From: an uncultured delta proteobacterium
Lineage (GTDB): Bacteria; Myxococcota; Myxococcia; Myxococcales; Myxococcaceae
NCBI GenBank assembly: GCA_963776345.1
Contig: CAVZMH010000013.1
Coordinates: forward strand, 96,001 to 160,000
Direction: 5' to 3'
Length of the DNA: 64,000 bases
Shown here: piece after piece, positions 1 to 9,212 of the stretch
How positions within the stretch are numbered: position 1 is the first letter of the stretch
Layout: every line of letters begins with the position of its first letter
Program-made: the position numbers and the translations under genes
Notes under the pieces: generated by a model
Databases searched by the model: none
What the model was told of the DNA's origin: nothing
The model's input: the letters and a program-made list of their open reading frames with translations, nothing else

Positions 1-996
1 CGGAGCTTCGAGCGGCTCACGATGGACCTCGCGCCGTTCCGGGCCGAGCTTCACCGTCTGCTCTCCAGCCGGGCGTTCGATGTCGTCCTGCTCGAGTTCC
101 CCTTCCTCGCCGCCGACGTCCTCGCCGACCCCCCTCAAGGACGGCCGCGACCCATCCGCGTGCTGGACACGCACAACATCGAGTTCGACCTCGCCCGCCA
201 GCAGGCGGGGCGCGAGCACGGCCTGATGCGGCGGATCCACAACGCCGCCAACTGGCCCAAGGTCCGCCGGGAGGAGCTGGACGCCTTCCGCCGCTTCGAC
301 GGGGTGGCGTTCTGCTCCGAGCTGGACGCCGAGCGCGCCCGGACGCTCGTCCCGTCCGTCCGCGCCACGGTGGTGCCCAACGCGGTGGACGTGGAGGCGT
401 TCGCGCCCCGTCCGGGGTTGCCCCGCTCCGACGGACGGACGGTGCTCTTCTTCGGGGCCATCAACTACTTCCCCAACGTGGACGGCATCCTCTTCCTGGT
501 GAAGGAGGTCTGGCCGCTCCTCGCCGCGTCGCACCCCGCGTGCCGCCTGAAGATCGTGGGCCAGCACCCGACCCGGGAGATCCTCGCCTTCCAGGGGCCG
601 CGGGTGGAGGTGACCGGCCGGGTGGACGACGTGCGGCCCCATCTCGCCTCGGCTGCGGTCACCATCGTCCCCCTGAGGATCGGCGGCGGGACGCGGTTCA
701 AGATCCTCGAGGCCATGGCCATGGCCAGGCCGGTGGTCTCGACCACCCTCGGCGCCGAGGGGCTCGAGGCGCGGCCCGGCGAGAACCTCCTCCTCGCCGA
801 TGACGCCGCCGGCCTGGCCGCCGCCGTCGGCCGGGTCCTCGACGACCCCGCCCTCGGACGGGCGCTGGGCAACGCAGGCCGTCGGCTGGTGGAGGAGCGC
901 TACTCCTGGGACGCCGCGGCGCTCGGGCTGGAGCATTTCCTCGGCACGCTGGGCGCCGGTGGGGCGGTGGCAGGCGAGGCGGCCGGGAGGAGATAG
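1..996 (+). CDS. Glycosyltransferase family 4 (GT-B fold), probably 5'-truncated by the window edge
   Basis: Frame is open from base 1. Motifs VVPNAVD, FFGAINYFPNVDG and GGGTRFKILEAMAMARPVVSTTLGAEG are typical of polysaccharide-locus GT4 enzymes. Confidence 0.9.
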   Translation, partial: RSFERLTMDLAPFRAELHRLLSSRAFDVVLLEFPFLAADVLADPPQGRPRPIRVLDTHNIEFDLARQQAGREHGLMRRIHNAANWPKVRREELDAFRRFDGVAFCSELDAERARTLVPSVRATVVPNAVDVEAFAPRPGLPRSDGRTVLFFGAINYFPNVDGILFLVKEVWPLLAASHPACRLKIVGQHPTREILAFQGPRVEVTGRVDDVRPHLASAAVTIVPLRIGGGTRFKILEAMAMARPVVSTTLGAEGLEARPGENLLLADDAAGLAAAVGRVLDDPALGRALGNAGRRLVEERYSWDAAALGLEHFLGTLGAGGAVAGEAAGRR

Positions 997-2234
997 TGTC
1001 GGCCGGAGTGAAGGCGCAGATGAGCGACGGGCCGGGCCAGGCCGGCAGCGAGGTGCTCGGACGCGGGCACCTGCCCGTGCTGGACGGAGTGCGGGGCCTG
1101 GCGATTCTCATGGTGCTGGTCCTGCACTTCGTCGCGGACACCCACGCCACCACCCAGCTCGAGCGGTGGATCAACCTGGCGGCGGGCTGGGGCCAGTACG
1201 GCGTCGACCTGTTCTTCGTCCTCTCCGGGTTCCTCATCACCGGCATCCTGTTCGATGCCCGGGAGAGCCCCGACTACTTCAAGAACTTCTACGTGCGGCG
1301 GGTGCTCCGCATCTTCCCGCTCTACTACGCGGTCCTCGCGGTGCTGTTCCTGCTCCTGCCGCTCGTGGCCGGGCTCTCCTCCCCCACCCTGGACGAGCTC
1401 CGCGCGCACCAGGCCTGGGCCTGGCTCTACGGGGTCAACGTCTTCGTGGCGCTGCGGGGAGAGTGGGCCCTCTCGTACCTCGACCACTTCTGGTCGCTCT
1501 CGGTGGAGGAGCACTTCTACTTCGTCTGGCCCTTCGTGGTCTGGGCGCTGGCGCGGCGGCCTCGCGTCCTGCTCGCCACCAGCCTCGGGGTGGCGGGGGC
1601 GGCGCTGCTCGGGCGGGTGGTGGCGGCCGCGGCGGGGGTGAGCCCCCACGTGCTCTACGTGCTGACCCCGTTCCGGCTGGACGGGCTCGCGCTCGGCGGC
1701 GCGTTCGCGGTGCTGGCCCGGCTCCCCGGCGGGATGGCCCGGATCCGCCGGCTCCTGCCCCGACTGGCGGCGGCCGCGGCGGCGCTCTTCCTCCTCCGGC
1801 TCGCCTGGAGCCGCCTCACCCCGCTCTGGGCGGCGCCGCTCTTCCAGGTGCGCGAGAGCCTCCTGGTGGTGCTCCTGGCCTGCGTGCTGCTCCGGGCGCT
1901 CACCGCGCCGCGCGACGCCCTGGTGGTCCGCCTGTTCTCCAGCCGGACGATGCGCTGGTTCGGCACCTACAGCTACGGGCTCTACGTCTACCACCACTTC
2001 CTCTCGTACCATTTCTCGGTGCACCGGACGGAGTTCGCCCTCGCCGCGCGGCTCGGCTCGCACGGGCTCGCGGTCGCGCTGCAGGCGCTGGTCGGGGTGG
2101 CGATCTCCTGCGCCGTCGCCTTCGCCAGCTACCACCTGCTGGAGAAGCGCTTCCTCGGGCTGAAGGACCGGCTCACCGGGGGCGCGCGCCCTCGACGCTC
2201 GGCGGCGCTCGGGGTGGCCGGGCCACCGGCCTGA
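996..2234 (+). CDS. Acyltransferase family 3 (OafA/YrhL-like) membrane O-acyltransferase
   Basis: LDGVRGLAIL, GVDLFFVLSGFLIT, RRVLRIFPLYY, HFWSLSVEEHFY and SYGLYVYH motifs; many hydrophobic segments. The start could be ATG 1020. Confidence 0.92.
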   Translation: MSAGVKAQMSDGPGQAGSEVLGRGHLPVLDGVRGLAILMVLVLHFVADTHATTQLERWINLAAGWGQYGVDLFFVLSGFLITGILFDARESPDYFKNFYVRRVLRIFPLYYAVLAVLFLLLPLVAGLSSPTLDELRAHQAWAWLYGVNVFVALRGEWALSYLDHFWSLSVEEHFYFVWPFVVWALARRPRVLLATSLGVAGAALLGRVVAAAAGVSPHVLYVLTPFRLDGLALGGAFAVLARLPGGMARIRRLLPRLAAAAAALFLLRLAWSRLTPLWAAPLFQVRESLLVVLLACVLLRALTAPRDALVVRLFSSRTMRWFGTYSYGLYVYHHFLSYHFSVHRTEFALAARLGSHGLAVALQALVGVAISCAVAFASYHLLEKRFLGLKDRLTGGARPRRSAALGVAGPPA

Positions 2235-2249
2235 CCCCGGGCCTTCGGC

Positions 2250-4070
2250 TCAGGGGAGGTGGATCAGCCAGCGGGCGAGCTGGAGGTGGTAGAGCGCCTG
2301 CCCTTCCCACTCCTCCGAGACCTCGTTGGTGCTCCAGCTGTCGTTGTCCGTGTAGCGGGCCTCCACTGGCGTGCGCTCGTCGCGCGGGAACGCCGGGTCG
2401 CCCCAGTAGCCCCAGGAGGGGATGGGCCGGCCGGCGGGGCGCGAGACGTCGTTCGACTCGGGGTACCGCACCGGCCCGCCGGCCACCATCCCCGGGAAGT
2501 CGCGGGGCTCGGCACGGAGCGTGGCCAGCCAGTGGTGGAAGCCGGAGCGCATCCCGCGGCTCACCCCCGGGAGCCCGCTGACGTAGCAGAATTGGCGCCC
2601 GTTCCGGCCGAACGCATAGTGCAGGCTGGCCAGCGCCTCGACGCAGTCCCCGGCGGCTGCGCGCGGGTCTTCGCGGCAGCGCCAGGCGCTGGCGAGCCCG
2701 GTGCGGAGCAGCGCCGAGCCGATCGAGCCCCAGTAGTACTTGCCCGCCCAGCCGAAGGGATGCCGCGCCCCGTCCTCGCGCACCACCGCGGCGTTGGCCT
2801 CCAGGGCCCGGCGGAGCCGCGCCGCCACCTCGGGGTCGGCCCCGGGCGCGCGGAGGTAGAGGAGCGCCGCCGGACCGTCGATGTGGAGGTACACCGGGTC
2901 CGGGACGGGCATCGCCACGGCGGTGCGCACGTCGCGGTGGAAGCGCGGCTCACCGGTGGCCAGGGCCATGCCCGCCGCGGCGTAGAAGCGGGTGCTCCGC
3001 CCCACCGCCGTGTCCCCGTCTCGCCGGGCCGAGGGACAGCTCGGGCCGTCCGTCGTCCCGGGGTGGGCGTCGAGGTAGTTCACCCCGGCGCGCGCGGCGC
3101 GGAGGCAGCGGTCGGCGAACGCGGCGTCCACCCGCCCGAATCGCGTGGCGGCGAAGGCCAGCGTCCCGACGGCGCGAGCGGTGGCGAGCGTGCCGACCTC
3201 GCCGTCGCGGTACGGCGGCATGTGCTCCGGTGCATTCGTTCCGTAGGAGCCGTAGCGCTCCTGGCAGGTGGTGTTGCGGAAGCCACCCGAGCCGTCCTGC
3301 ACCGAGAGGAGCCAGCGGAGCCCCCACCGCGCCTCGTCGAGCAGGTCGGGGACGCCGTTGCCCGATTCCGGGATGCCGGTGTCGTCGGCGGTGGGGCCGA
3401 AGTCGGCATCGGCGAGCAGCAGCCAGAACAGCGCCGAGGTGAGGTAGGCGTTGTAGATGGTGAGGTCGCCTGCGTCGTGCCACCCGCCCTCGACCCCTGG
3501 CGGAGCGAGGCCGGCGTCGTCCCCGTGGACCCAGGGACCCTCGGCGTGGGCGGCGAGCACCGGAGCGAAGGCACGCTGGTAGTAGAACCAGCGCTGGACC
3601 GCACGGAGCGGAGCGTCGAAGACCCCCGGACCCACCTCGAAGGGGAAGCTCTCCATCCCCTCGTCGGTGGCCACCCGGTAGCGGCCGGCCACCGAGAGCG
3701 CCGAGAAGTCGCCGATCGAGACGCTCCGCACCTCGCCCAGGAGGTCGGTGGACAGCGTGCGCACCGGCTCGCCGCCCCGGAAGGCCACCCGTCCGGTGGA
3801 GGCCTCCCGGACCTCGAACCAGCGGAACGGGCGGGGCGAGGTGAAGCGCTTCACCATCGCCGGCCCGTACCCCACCTGGCTCAGCGCGAGGCGCGAGAAG
3901 AACGGCTCCTCGGGCGGGAGACGGCGGCGCTCGGCGAGCCGCACCCGCCCGAGCACCGCGGCGGCGCGCTGGCGGAGGAAGGCGCGGCCCCGGTGCGAGG
4001 CCAGGACCAGGGCAGCCACCAGGCCGGCGACGAGCAGTCCCAGGCGGAGCGCCGTCCGGGCGCGCCGCAC
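2250..4070 (-). CDS. Glycoside hydrolase family 9 with an N-terminal membrane anchor or signal
   Basis: GGWHDAGD, ESGNGVPDLLDEARWGLRWLL and YTDNDSWSTNEV GH9 motifs; hydrophobic N-terminus LGLLVAGLVAALVLA. Confidence 0.85.
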   Translation of the reverse strand: MRRARTALRLGLLVAGLVAALVLASHRGRAFLRQRAAAVLGRVRLAERRRLPPEEPFFSRLALSQVGYGPAMVKRFTSPRPFRWFEVREASTGRVAFRGGEPVRTLSTDLLGEVRSVSIGDFSALSVAGRYRVATDEGMESFPFEVGPGVFDAPLRAVQRWFYYQRAFAPVLAAHAEGPWVHGDDAGLAPPGVEGGWHDAGDLTIYNAYLTSALFWLLLADADFGPTADDTGIPESGNGVPDLLDEARWGLRWLLSVQDGSGGFRNTTCQERYGSYGTNAPEHMPPYRDGEVGTLATARAVGTLAFAATRFGRVDAAFADRCLRAARAGVNYLDAHPGTTDGPSCPSARRDGDTAVGRSTRFYAAAGMALATGEPRFHRDVRTAVAMPVPDPVYLHIDGPAALLYLRAPGADPEVAARLRRALEANAAVVREDGARHPFGWAGKYYWGSIGSALLRTGLASAWRCREDPRAAAGDCVEALASLHYAFGRNGRQFCYVSGLPGVSRGMRSGFHHWLATLRAEPRDFPGMVAGGPVRYPESNDVSRPAGRPIPSWGYWGDPAFPRDERTPVEARYTDNDSWSTNEVSEEWEGQALYHLQLARWLIHLP

Positions 4071-4073
4071 CGG

Positions 4074-4556
4074 TCAGGCGCCCCGGAGCCGGTGAGCCAG
4101 CACCGCGCCGAGCAGCTGGCTCCGGTCGAGGAGCGCGAGCGTGCGCTCCACGTCGGGCAGGCGGCTCTCGCCGCGCAGCAGCACCAGCAAGCTCAGGTCG
4201 CAGGCGGCGACCAGCTCCCGCGCCTCGGGCATCTCCACCGGGTTGGGAGCGGCCACCAGCACCCGCTCGCGCCGGGCTCGCGCCGCCGAGCGCTCCAGCG
4301 CCCGGCAGAGCGCTCCGATGCGCCCGGGAGTGGCCCGGGTGGCGTCCACCCCGCGCAGGAGACCGGTGCGGGCGCCGCCCACCGCCCCGAGGAGCCGCTC
4401 CATGAGCCGCGAGGCGAGCTCCGGCCTGCCCGGCGCGACCAGCGCCAGCGCGCGCCAGCGGAGCGAGGCCAGCCGGTACCAGAGCAGCTCGAGGTCTCGC
4501 TCCGGCACCGCCGGGACCGCAGCAGGCGCCGCGGCCGGCGGGGGCTCAGAGCGCAT
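4074..4556 (-). CDS. Short stand-alone BY-kinase-like (CpsD/Wze-type) protein lacking Walker motifs; probable pseudokinase partner of the co-polymerase
   Basis: C-terminal pattern VLVAAPNPV...ARELVAACDLSLLVL...LLGAVL resembles the CpsD/Wzc C-terminus. No GKS/T P-loop. Overlaps the co-polymerase stop. Confidence 0.6.
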   Translation of the reverse strand: MRSEPPPAAAPAAVPAVPERDLELLWYRLASLRWRALALVAPGRPELASRLMERLLGAVGGARTGLLRGVDATRATPGRIGALCRALERSAARARRERVLVAAPNPVEMPEARELVAACDLSLLVLLRGESRLPDVERTLALLDRSQLLGAVLAHRLRGA

Positions 4557-6009
4557 CGATCTCTCCCACCAGCGGGACGCGGGCCTGCAGCTCCACCTGC
4601 CACGGCTCGAGGAGGCGGCCGGAGCCGATGTCCACCAGCGCCGCGCCGAGCAGGGCGAGCGCCAGGCCCGCCACCGCGCCGGCCAGCGCGACCAGGGGCA
4701 GCTTCGGCCAGATGGGCCCCTTCGGGCGCTGCACCGGACGGATGACGACGTAGCGGTACTTGAAGGCGGCGCGAGCCGAGTCCTGCTCCAGCCGCGCTGT
4801 CTCCACCCGTCCCAGCATCTCGTTGTAGCGGGACAAGAGGTGGCGGACGTCGGCCTTCTGGTACTCGATGTCCGGGTCCTCGTCCTCGCGCGGGTCCGCC
4901 GACTCCAGCGCGGTGGCCCGGAGCACCGCCTCCGTGGCCCGGCCCGACTGCAGCAACACGTTGGCGGCGAAGCCCCGCCGCCGCAGTTCCTCCTCCAGCG
5001 GCACCAGCTCGCGCTTGAGGATCTGCAGCTGCGGCGACTCGTTCTTCATGTCCTCCAGGTTCTGGTGCAGGTCGAGCACCGCGGGGTGTGGGTCGGTGTA
5101 GAGGGCCCGCTGCTCCTCCAGCTGCGACTGGAGCTCGGTGGTGCGCCGGCGCCGGAAGTCCTGCAGGTCGGCCATGGCCTGCTGCTTGGCACGGACCAGG
5201 TCCAGGAGCTGCTCCGTCTCCCGGTCGATGGTGGCGCCGAGGCCGGTCTGGCCCGACGGAGTGACCTTGCGCCCGAGCTTCGCCGCGCGCACGCCGCGCA
5301 GCTGCTCCAGCTCGGAGAGCGAGCGCTCCAGGGTGCTGTGGGCGTCGGCCGCCCGAGACTCCAGGATGCCGATCACCTCGCCGATGGTGGTGATCTCCGC
5401 GGCGTTGCGCGCGTCGAGGAAGCTCTGCAGCGCGGCGGACACCAGGTCCATTGCCAGGTCCGGATCGGGGAGGCTCGCCCCGATGGTCACGGTGTCATCT
5501 CCGTGCTTCACCCACAGCCGCTTCTCCAGCGTCTCGACGAAGCCGTCGAGCAGGTCCTTCTCCGAGGGCGGACGGAAGAGGCGGCTCCGGAGCGCGTCCT
5601 TCCACCGCGCCGCCGGCGCCCGGTGCGCCTTCCAGCGGGCGATCAGATCGGTCTTCCGGATCAGCGAGACCAGGTTTTCGCGGCTGAGGATGGTCTCCTC
5701 CGCCTGCTTGATGGGCGCCTCCGGCTCGCTCAGCATCGGTCGGCCCACCAGCGAGACGATGACCTGCGTCCGCTGCGCCTGGAGCATGGTCTGGACCTCG
5801 TACTTCCGCGGGAGGACCGACGCCGCTCCCAGCGACAGCCCGACCACGCTGGTCCAGAGGAGGAGGCAGAGCCACGGGTGCCGCCGGACCGCGTGCACGA
5901 CCAGCAGCACGTACCCGCCGACCAGCGCCCATCGTCGGCCGCTCGGCGCGGCGGCCGGCTGTGGCCGGCCGGCGGCCCCGAGGTGCGCCCCGGCTTCGAG
6001 CTGCGTCAT
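4546..6009 (-). CDS. Polysaccharide co-polymerase / chain-length determinant (Wzz/Wzc/GumC family)
   Basis: ATG 6009 with upstream AGGAAGG. N-terminal TM followed by LPRKYEVQTML, a coiled-coil periplasmic region, a Pro-rich VIRPVQRPKGPIWPK and a second TM. No cytoplasmic kinase domain. Confidence 0.85.
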   Translation of the reverse strand: MTQLEAGAHLGAAGRPQPAAAPSGRRWALVGGYVLLVVHAVRRHPWLCLLLWTSVVGLSLGAASVLPRKYEVQTMLQAQRTQVIVSLVGRPMLSEPEAPIKQAEETILSRENLVSLIRKTDLIARWKAHRAPAARWKDALRSRLFRPPSEKDLLDGFVETLEKRLWVKHGDDTVTIGASLPDPDLAMDLVSAALQSFLDARNAAEITTIGEVIGILESRAADAHSTLERSLSELEQLRGVRAAKLGRKVTPSGQTGLGATIDRETEQLLDLVRAKQQAMADLQDFRRRRTTELQSQLEEQRALYTDPHPAVLDLHQNLEDMKNESPQLQILKRELVPLEEELRRRGFAANVLLQSGRATEAVLRATALESADPREDEDPDIEYQKADVRHLLSRYNEMLGRVETARLEQDSARAAFKYRYVVIRPVQRPKGPIWPKLPLVALAGAVAGLALALLGAALVDIGSGRLLEPWQVELQARVPLVGEIDAL

Positions 6010-6112
6010 CCCGCCTTCCTGCCTCCGCGACTGCCCTCCGGCGACCGTACCCCATGCCGGCGCGGGGACACCACGGCCGGCGGACGGCGGTTCGGCGTAA
6101 GCTGGAGCGCCC

Positions 6113-6283
6113 GTGACGAAGTTCCTCCTCCTCGGCATCCTCCTCGCCACCTTCCTCGTCCCGCTGGCCACCGCGCGCGTGCGCGACCCGAACCGGGGGC
6201 TGTGGACCACGCTCGCCCTCATGGCGGTGGCCGAGGTCGCCTACGCCCTCTTCCTCGCGCTGCTCTACCCCAACCATGTCTGA
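6113..6283 (+). CDS. Small (56 aa) two-TM membrane protein, absent from the ORF track
   Basis: GTG 6113 to TGA 6283 reads MTKFLLLGILLATFLVPLATARVRDPNRGLWTTLALMAVAEVAYALFLALLYPNHV. GC3-rich codons, GGAG upstream, 8-nt overlap with the next start. Confidence 0.75.
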   Translation: MTKFLLLGILLATFLVPLATARVRDPNRGLWTTLALMAVAEVAYALFLALLYPNHV

Positions 6284-7853
6284 CGGGCTGCCCGCGCTCG
6301 TCCCGCCCAGCGGGACCGGGTCGGGGAGACCCCGGCAGCTCGCCCTGGCCGTGCTGGTGGTCCTCACCGCGGCCGCGGTCCTGGTGGGGAACGGGAACGT
6401 GGGGCTGGCCCTCGTCCCGGCGCTGGGGGCGCTCCTGATCTGGCTCATGTGGACGCTGCCCCTGCGGGTGACGCTCCTCACCCTGCTCGCGCTGGCCTGG
6501 GCCATCGAAGCCCCGTCCGACGTCTTCGCCTCGGACCGGATCCAAACCCCCTGGGCCATCGTGGGCCGCGTGTTGTGGGCGAAGCTGAATCTTCTGGTCC
6601 CCTTCTCCCCGCTGGTGCTCACCGGATTCGACCTGGTGGCCCTGCTCCTCCTGTCGGTGGTGGTGGTGCGGCACTTCACCCGGAGCACGGTGGACCGCGA
6701 GGGCTGGGTCCCCTCGCCCGCGCCGATTGGCCTCTTCGCCTGGCTGACCGTCGTCGCGGTGCTGCTGATCACCGCGCACGGCCTCGCCCGCGGCGGCAGC
6801 TTCCGGTTCGTGCTCTGGCAGGCCATCAAGTGGCTCTACCTGCCGCTCATCTACACCCTGATGAACCAGGGGCTGCGCGGACCGAGGGACGTGTGGATCT
6901 CCGGCCAGGTGCTGGTCGGCGCCGGAGTGTTCCGGGCGCTCGAGGCGATCCTGATCCGCCTCCGCTACCCGTCGCTGGAGGAGATGCCGCACACCACCAG
7001 CCACCACGACTCGGTGCTGTTCGCCACCTGCCTGGCGCTGCTCGTGGCACGGGCGCTGGAGGCCCCGAGCCGGCGATCGTACCGGGCGCTGGCGATGCTC
7101 GGGCCGCTGTTCCTCTGGGCGATGGTGGCCAACAACCGGCGCCTGGTGTGGACCGAGTTGGCGATGGTGGCGGTCTTCTTCTGGCTGGTGACCCCCTGGC
7201 GGCCGTTGAAGCGGAAGGTGGCGCGCATCGCCGTGCTCGCCGCCGCCCCTACCCTCCTCTACACCGCCGCGGGCTGGAACTCGGGCTCGGGACTCTTCAA
7301 GCCGGTGCAGAAGATCCGCTCGATGTTGGACTCCAAGCGCGATGCCTCCACCGCCTGGCGGGACATGGAGAACTTCAACCTGATCACCACCTACCGCCAG
7401 GCGCCGATGACCGGGCTCGGGTTCGGCCATCCGATGATCGAGGCGGTGAAGCTTCCGGACGTCACCGCCGCCTACGAGCTCGAGCCGTACGTGCCCCACA
7501 ACAGCGTGCTCGGGCTCTGGGCGTTCGGCGGGCTGCTGGGCTTCGCCCTCCTCTGGGGGGTGTTCCCGGTGGGGATGTACTTCACGGTCCGGGCCTACCG
7601 ATGGGCGGGGCATCCCCTGGAGCGTGCGGCGGCGCTCACCGCCGCCGCGGTGCAGATCTGTTACGTCATGCAGGGCTACGGCGACCTCGGCTTCGGGACC
7701 TGGGGCCCGGTCTTCACCGTCGCGCTGGGTTACGCGGTGGTCGGGAAGATCTGCGTCGCCCGCGGCGCATGGCCCACCCCCCCGCTCTCCGACGCGGCGG
7801 ACCCGTCCCTCGCGATCCGGGTCGCCCGGCACCCCGGCATCTCGGCAAGCTGA
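6276..7853 (+). CDS. Wzy-like exopolysaccharide repeat-unit polymerase / O-antigen ligase family
   Basis: About 12 TM segments; Wzy_C-like motifs GLGFGHP and YVPHNSVLGLWAFGG; polysaccharide-locus context. Confidence 0.8.
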   Translation: MSDGLPALVPPSGTGSGRPRQLALAVLVVLTAAAVLVGNGNVGLALVPALGALLIWLMWTLPLRVTLLTLLALAWAIEAPSDVFASDRIQTPWAIVGRVLWAKLNLLVPFSPLVLTGFDLVALLLLSVVVVRHFTRSTVDREGWVPSPAPIGLFAWLTVVAVLLITAHGLARGGSFRFVLWQAIKWLYLPLIYTLMNQGLRGPRDVWISGQVLVGAGVFRALEAILIRLRYPSLEEMPHTTSHHDSVLFATCLALLVARALEAPSRRSYRALAMLGPLFLWAMVANNRRLVWTELAMVAVFFWLVTPWRPLKRKVARIAVLAAAPTLLYTAAGWNSGSGLFKPVQKIRSMLDSKRDASTAWRDMENFNLITTYRQAPMTGLGFGHPMIEAVKLPDVTAAYELEPYVPHNSVLGLWAFGGLLGFALLWGVFPVGMYFTVRAYRWAGHPLERAAALTAAAVQICYVMQGYGDLGFGTWGPVFTVALGYAVVGKICVARGAWPTPPLSDAADPSLAIRVARHPGISAS

Positions 7854-7926
7854 ACGACGACCTCTGCACACAGCCGCGTCGCACCGATCGCCCGAGCGCC
7901 ATCCAACGCCGCTAGGATGCGCCGCC

Positions 7927-9174
7927 GTGAGATCCACCGTTGAGGTCGCAATCATCGGAGCCGGTCCGTACGGGCTCTCGATCGCCGCACAGCTCCAGGC
8001 ACATGGGGTTCCGTTCCGCATCTTCGGCGAGCCGATGCGCACCTGGCGGCCGATGCCCCGGAGCCTGTGCCTGAAGTCGCTGGGGTTCGCGACCAGCATC
8101 GCCGTGCCGGCGCCGGGGCACGACTTCCCCAGCTGGCTCGCCGCGCGAGGGCTGGAGACGGTGGAACCGATCTCCTACGCCGAGTTCACCGACTACGGAC
8201 TCTGGGTCCAGGAACAGGCAGTGCCGGAGGTCGAGCCGGTGGACGTGAGCACCGTCCGCGCTCGCCCGCAGGGTGGCTACGAGCTGGTCCTCGCCGATGG
8301 CCAGGTCGCCACCGCGCGGCGGGTGGTGGTGGCGACCGGGCTCCACCACCTCCAGCACCTGCCGGAGGTGCTGCGCGCGCTTCCTCCCGAGCTGCTGTCG
8401 CACAGCTTCGGCCAGTACGACTTCCGGCGGCTCGCCGGCCAGGACGTGGCGGTCATCGGCGCGGGCCAGTCGGCGCTCGAGGTGGCGGTGCTCCTGCGCG
8501 AGGCCGGCGCCCGGCCGGTGCTCGTCGCGCGGCAGCCGCCCATCTTCCACGGCCGGACGCCGGCGCATCGGCCACTCCTGGATCGAGTTCGCGAGCCGCT
8601 GACCGTGCTCGGTGCGGGCAGGCTCAACTGGGTGCTGGAGCACTTCCCCTGGCTCATCCGGCACGTCCCGGAGTCGCGCCGGGTGCGTTTCGCCCTGGGG
8701 TACCTCGGCCCGTCGGGCGCCTGGTGGCTGCGCGAGCGCTTCGAGGGACGCGTCCCGGTGCTGGCCCCCGCCGAGCTGCTCGGCGCCCGGGCCGAGGGGA
8801 ACGGGGCGGTGCTGCGCCTGGGCAGGGAGGGCGGCAGGGTGGAGGAGCGGCGGTTCGCCCACGTGGTCGCCGGTTCCGGCTTCCGCCACGACGTGCGGCG
8901 GCTTCCGTTCCTCGATCCGTCGCTGCTCGCCCGCATCGAGCCGATGGAGGGACTCGGTCCCCGTCTCTCGGACCGGTTCGAGTCCACGGCGCCAGGCCTG
9001 CACTTCGTGGGGCCGCTCTCCGCCTCCGCCTTCGGGCCGCTCTTCCGCTTCGTCTGCGGCGCGGAGCACGCCGCGCCCCGGCTGGCACGTCACCTCGCCG
9101 CGCACCGACGCCGCACCGGGCGCGGACCTCTCTCCCCTCCGCACCGGTCTGCTCCGGACGCGCGCGCGGCCTGA
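7927..9174 (+). CDS. FAD/NAD(P)-dependent oxidoreductase (flavin monooxygenase-like)
   Basis: Two Rossmann motifs (IIGAGPYG and VIGAGQSA), VVVATG and GLHFVG. GTG start chosen at 7927. Confidence 0.85.
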   Translation: MRSTVEVAIIGAGPYGLSIAAQLQAHGVPFRIFGEPMRTWRPMPRSLCLKSLGFATSIAVPAPGHDFPSWLAARGLETVEPISYAEFTDYGLWVQEQAVPEVEPVDVSTVRARPQGGYELVLADGQVATARRVVVATGLHHLQHLPEVLRALPPELLSHSFGQYDFRRLAGQDVAVIGAGQSALEVAVLLREAGARPVLVARQPPIFHGRTPAHRPLLDRVREPLTVLGAGRLNWVLEHFPWLIRHVPESRRVRFALGYLGPSGAWWLRERFEGRVPVLAPAELLGARAEGNGAVLRLGREGGRVEERRFAHVVAGSGFRHDVRRLPFLDPSLLARIEPMEGLGPRLSDRFESTAPGLHFVGPLSASAFGPLFRFVCGAEHAAPRLARHLAAHRRRTGRGPLSPPHRSAPDARAA

Positions 9175-9212
9175 GACCCGGGGGCGCTCCCCGGGGACGG
9201 CTCCCCGCCGCT

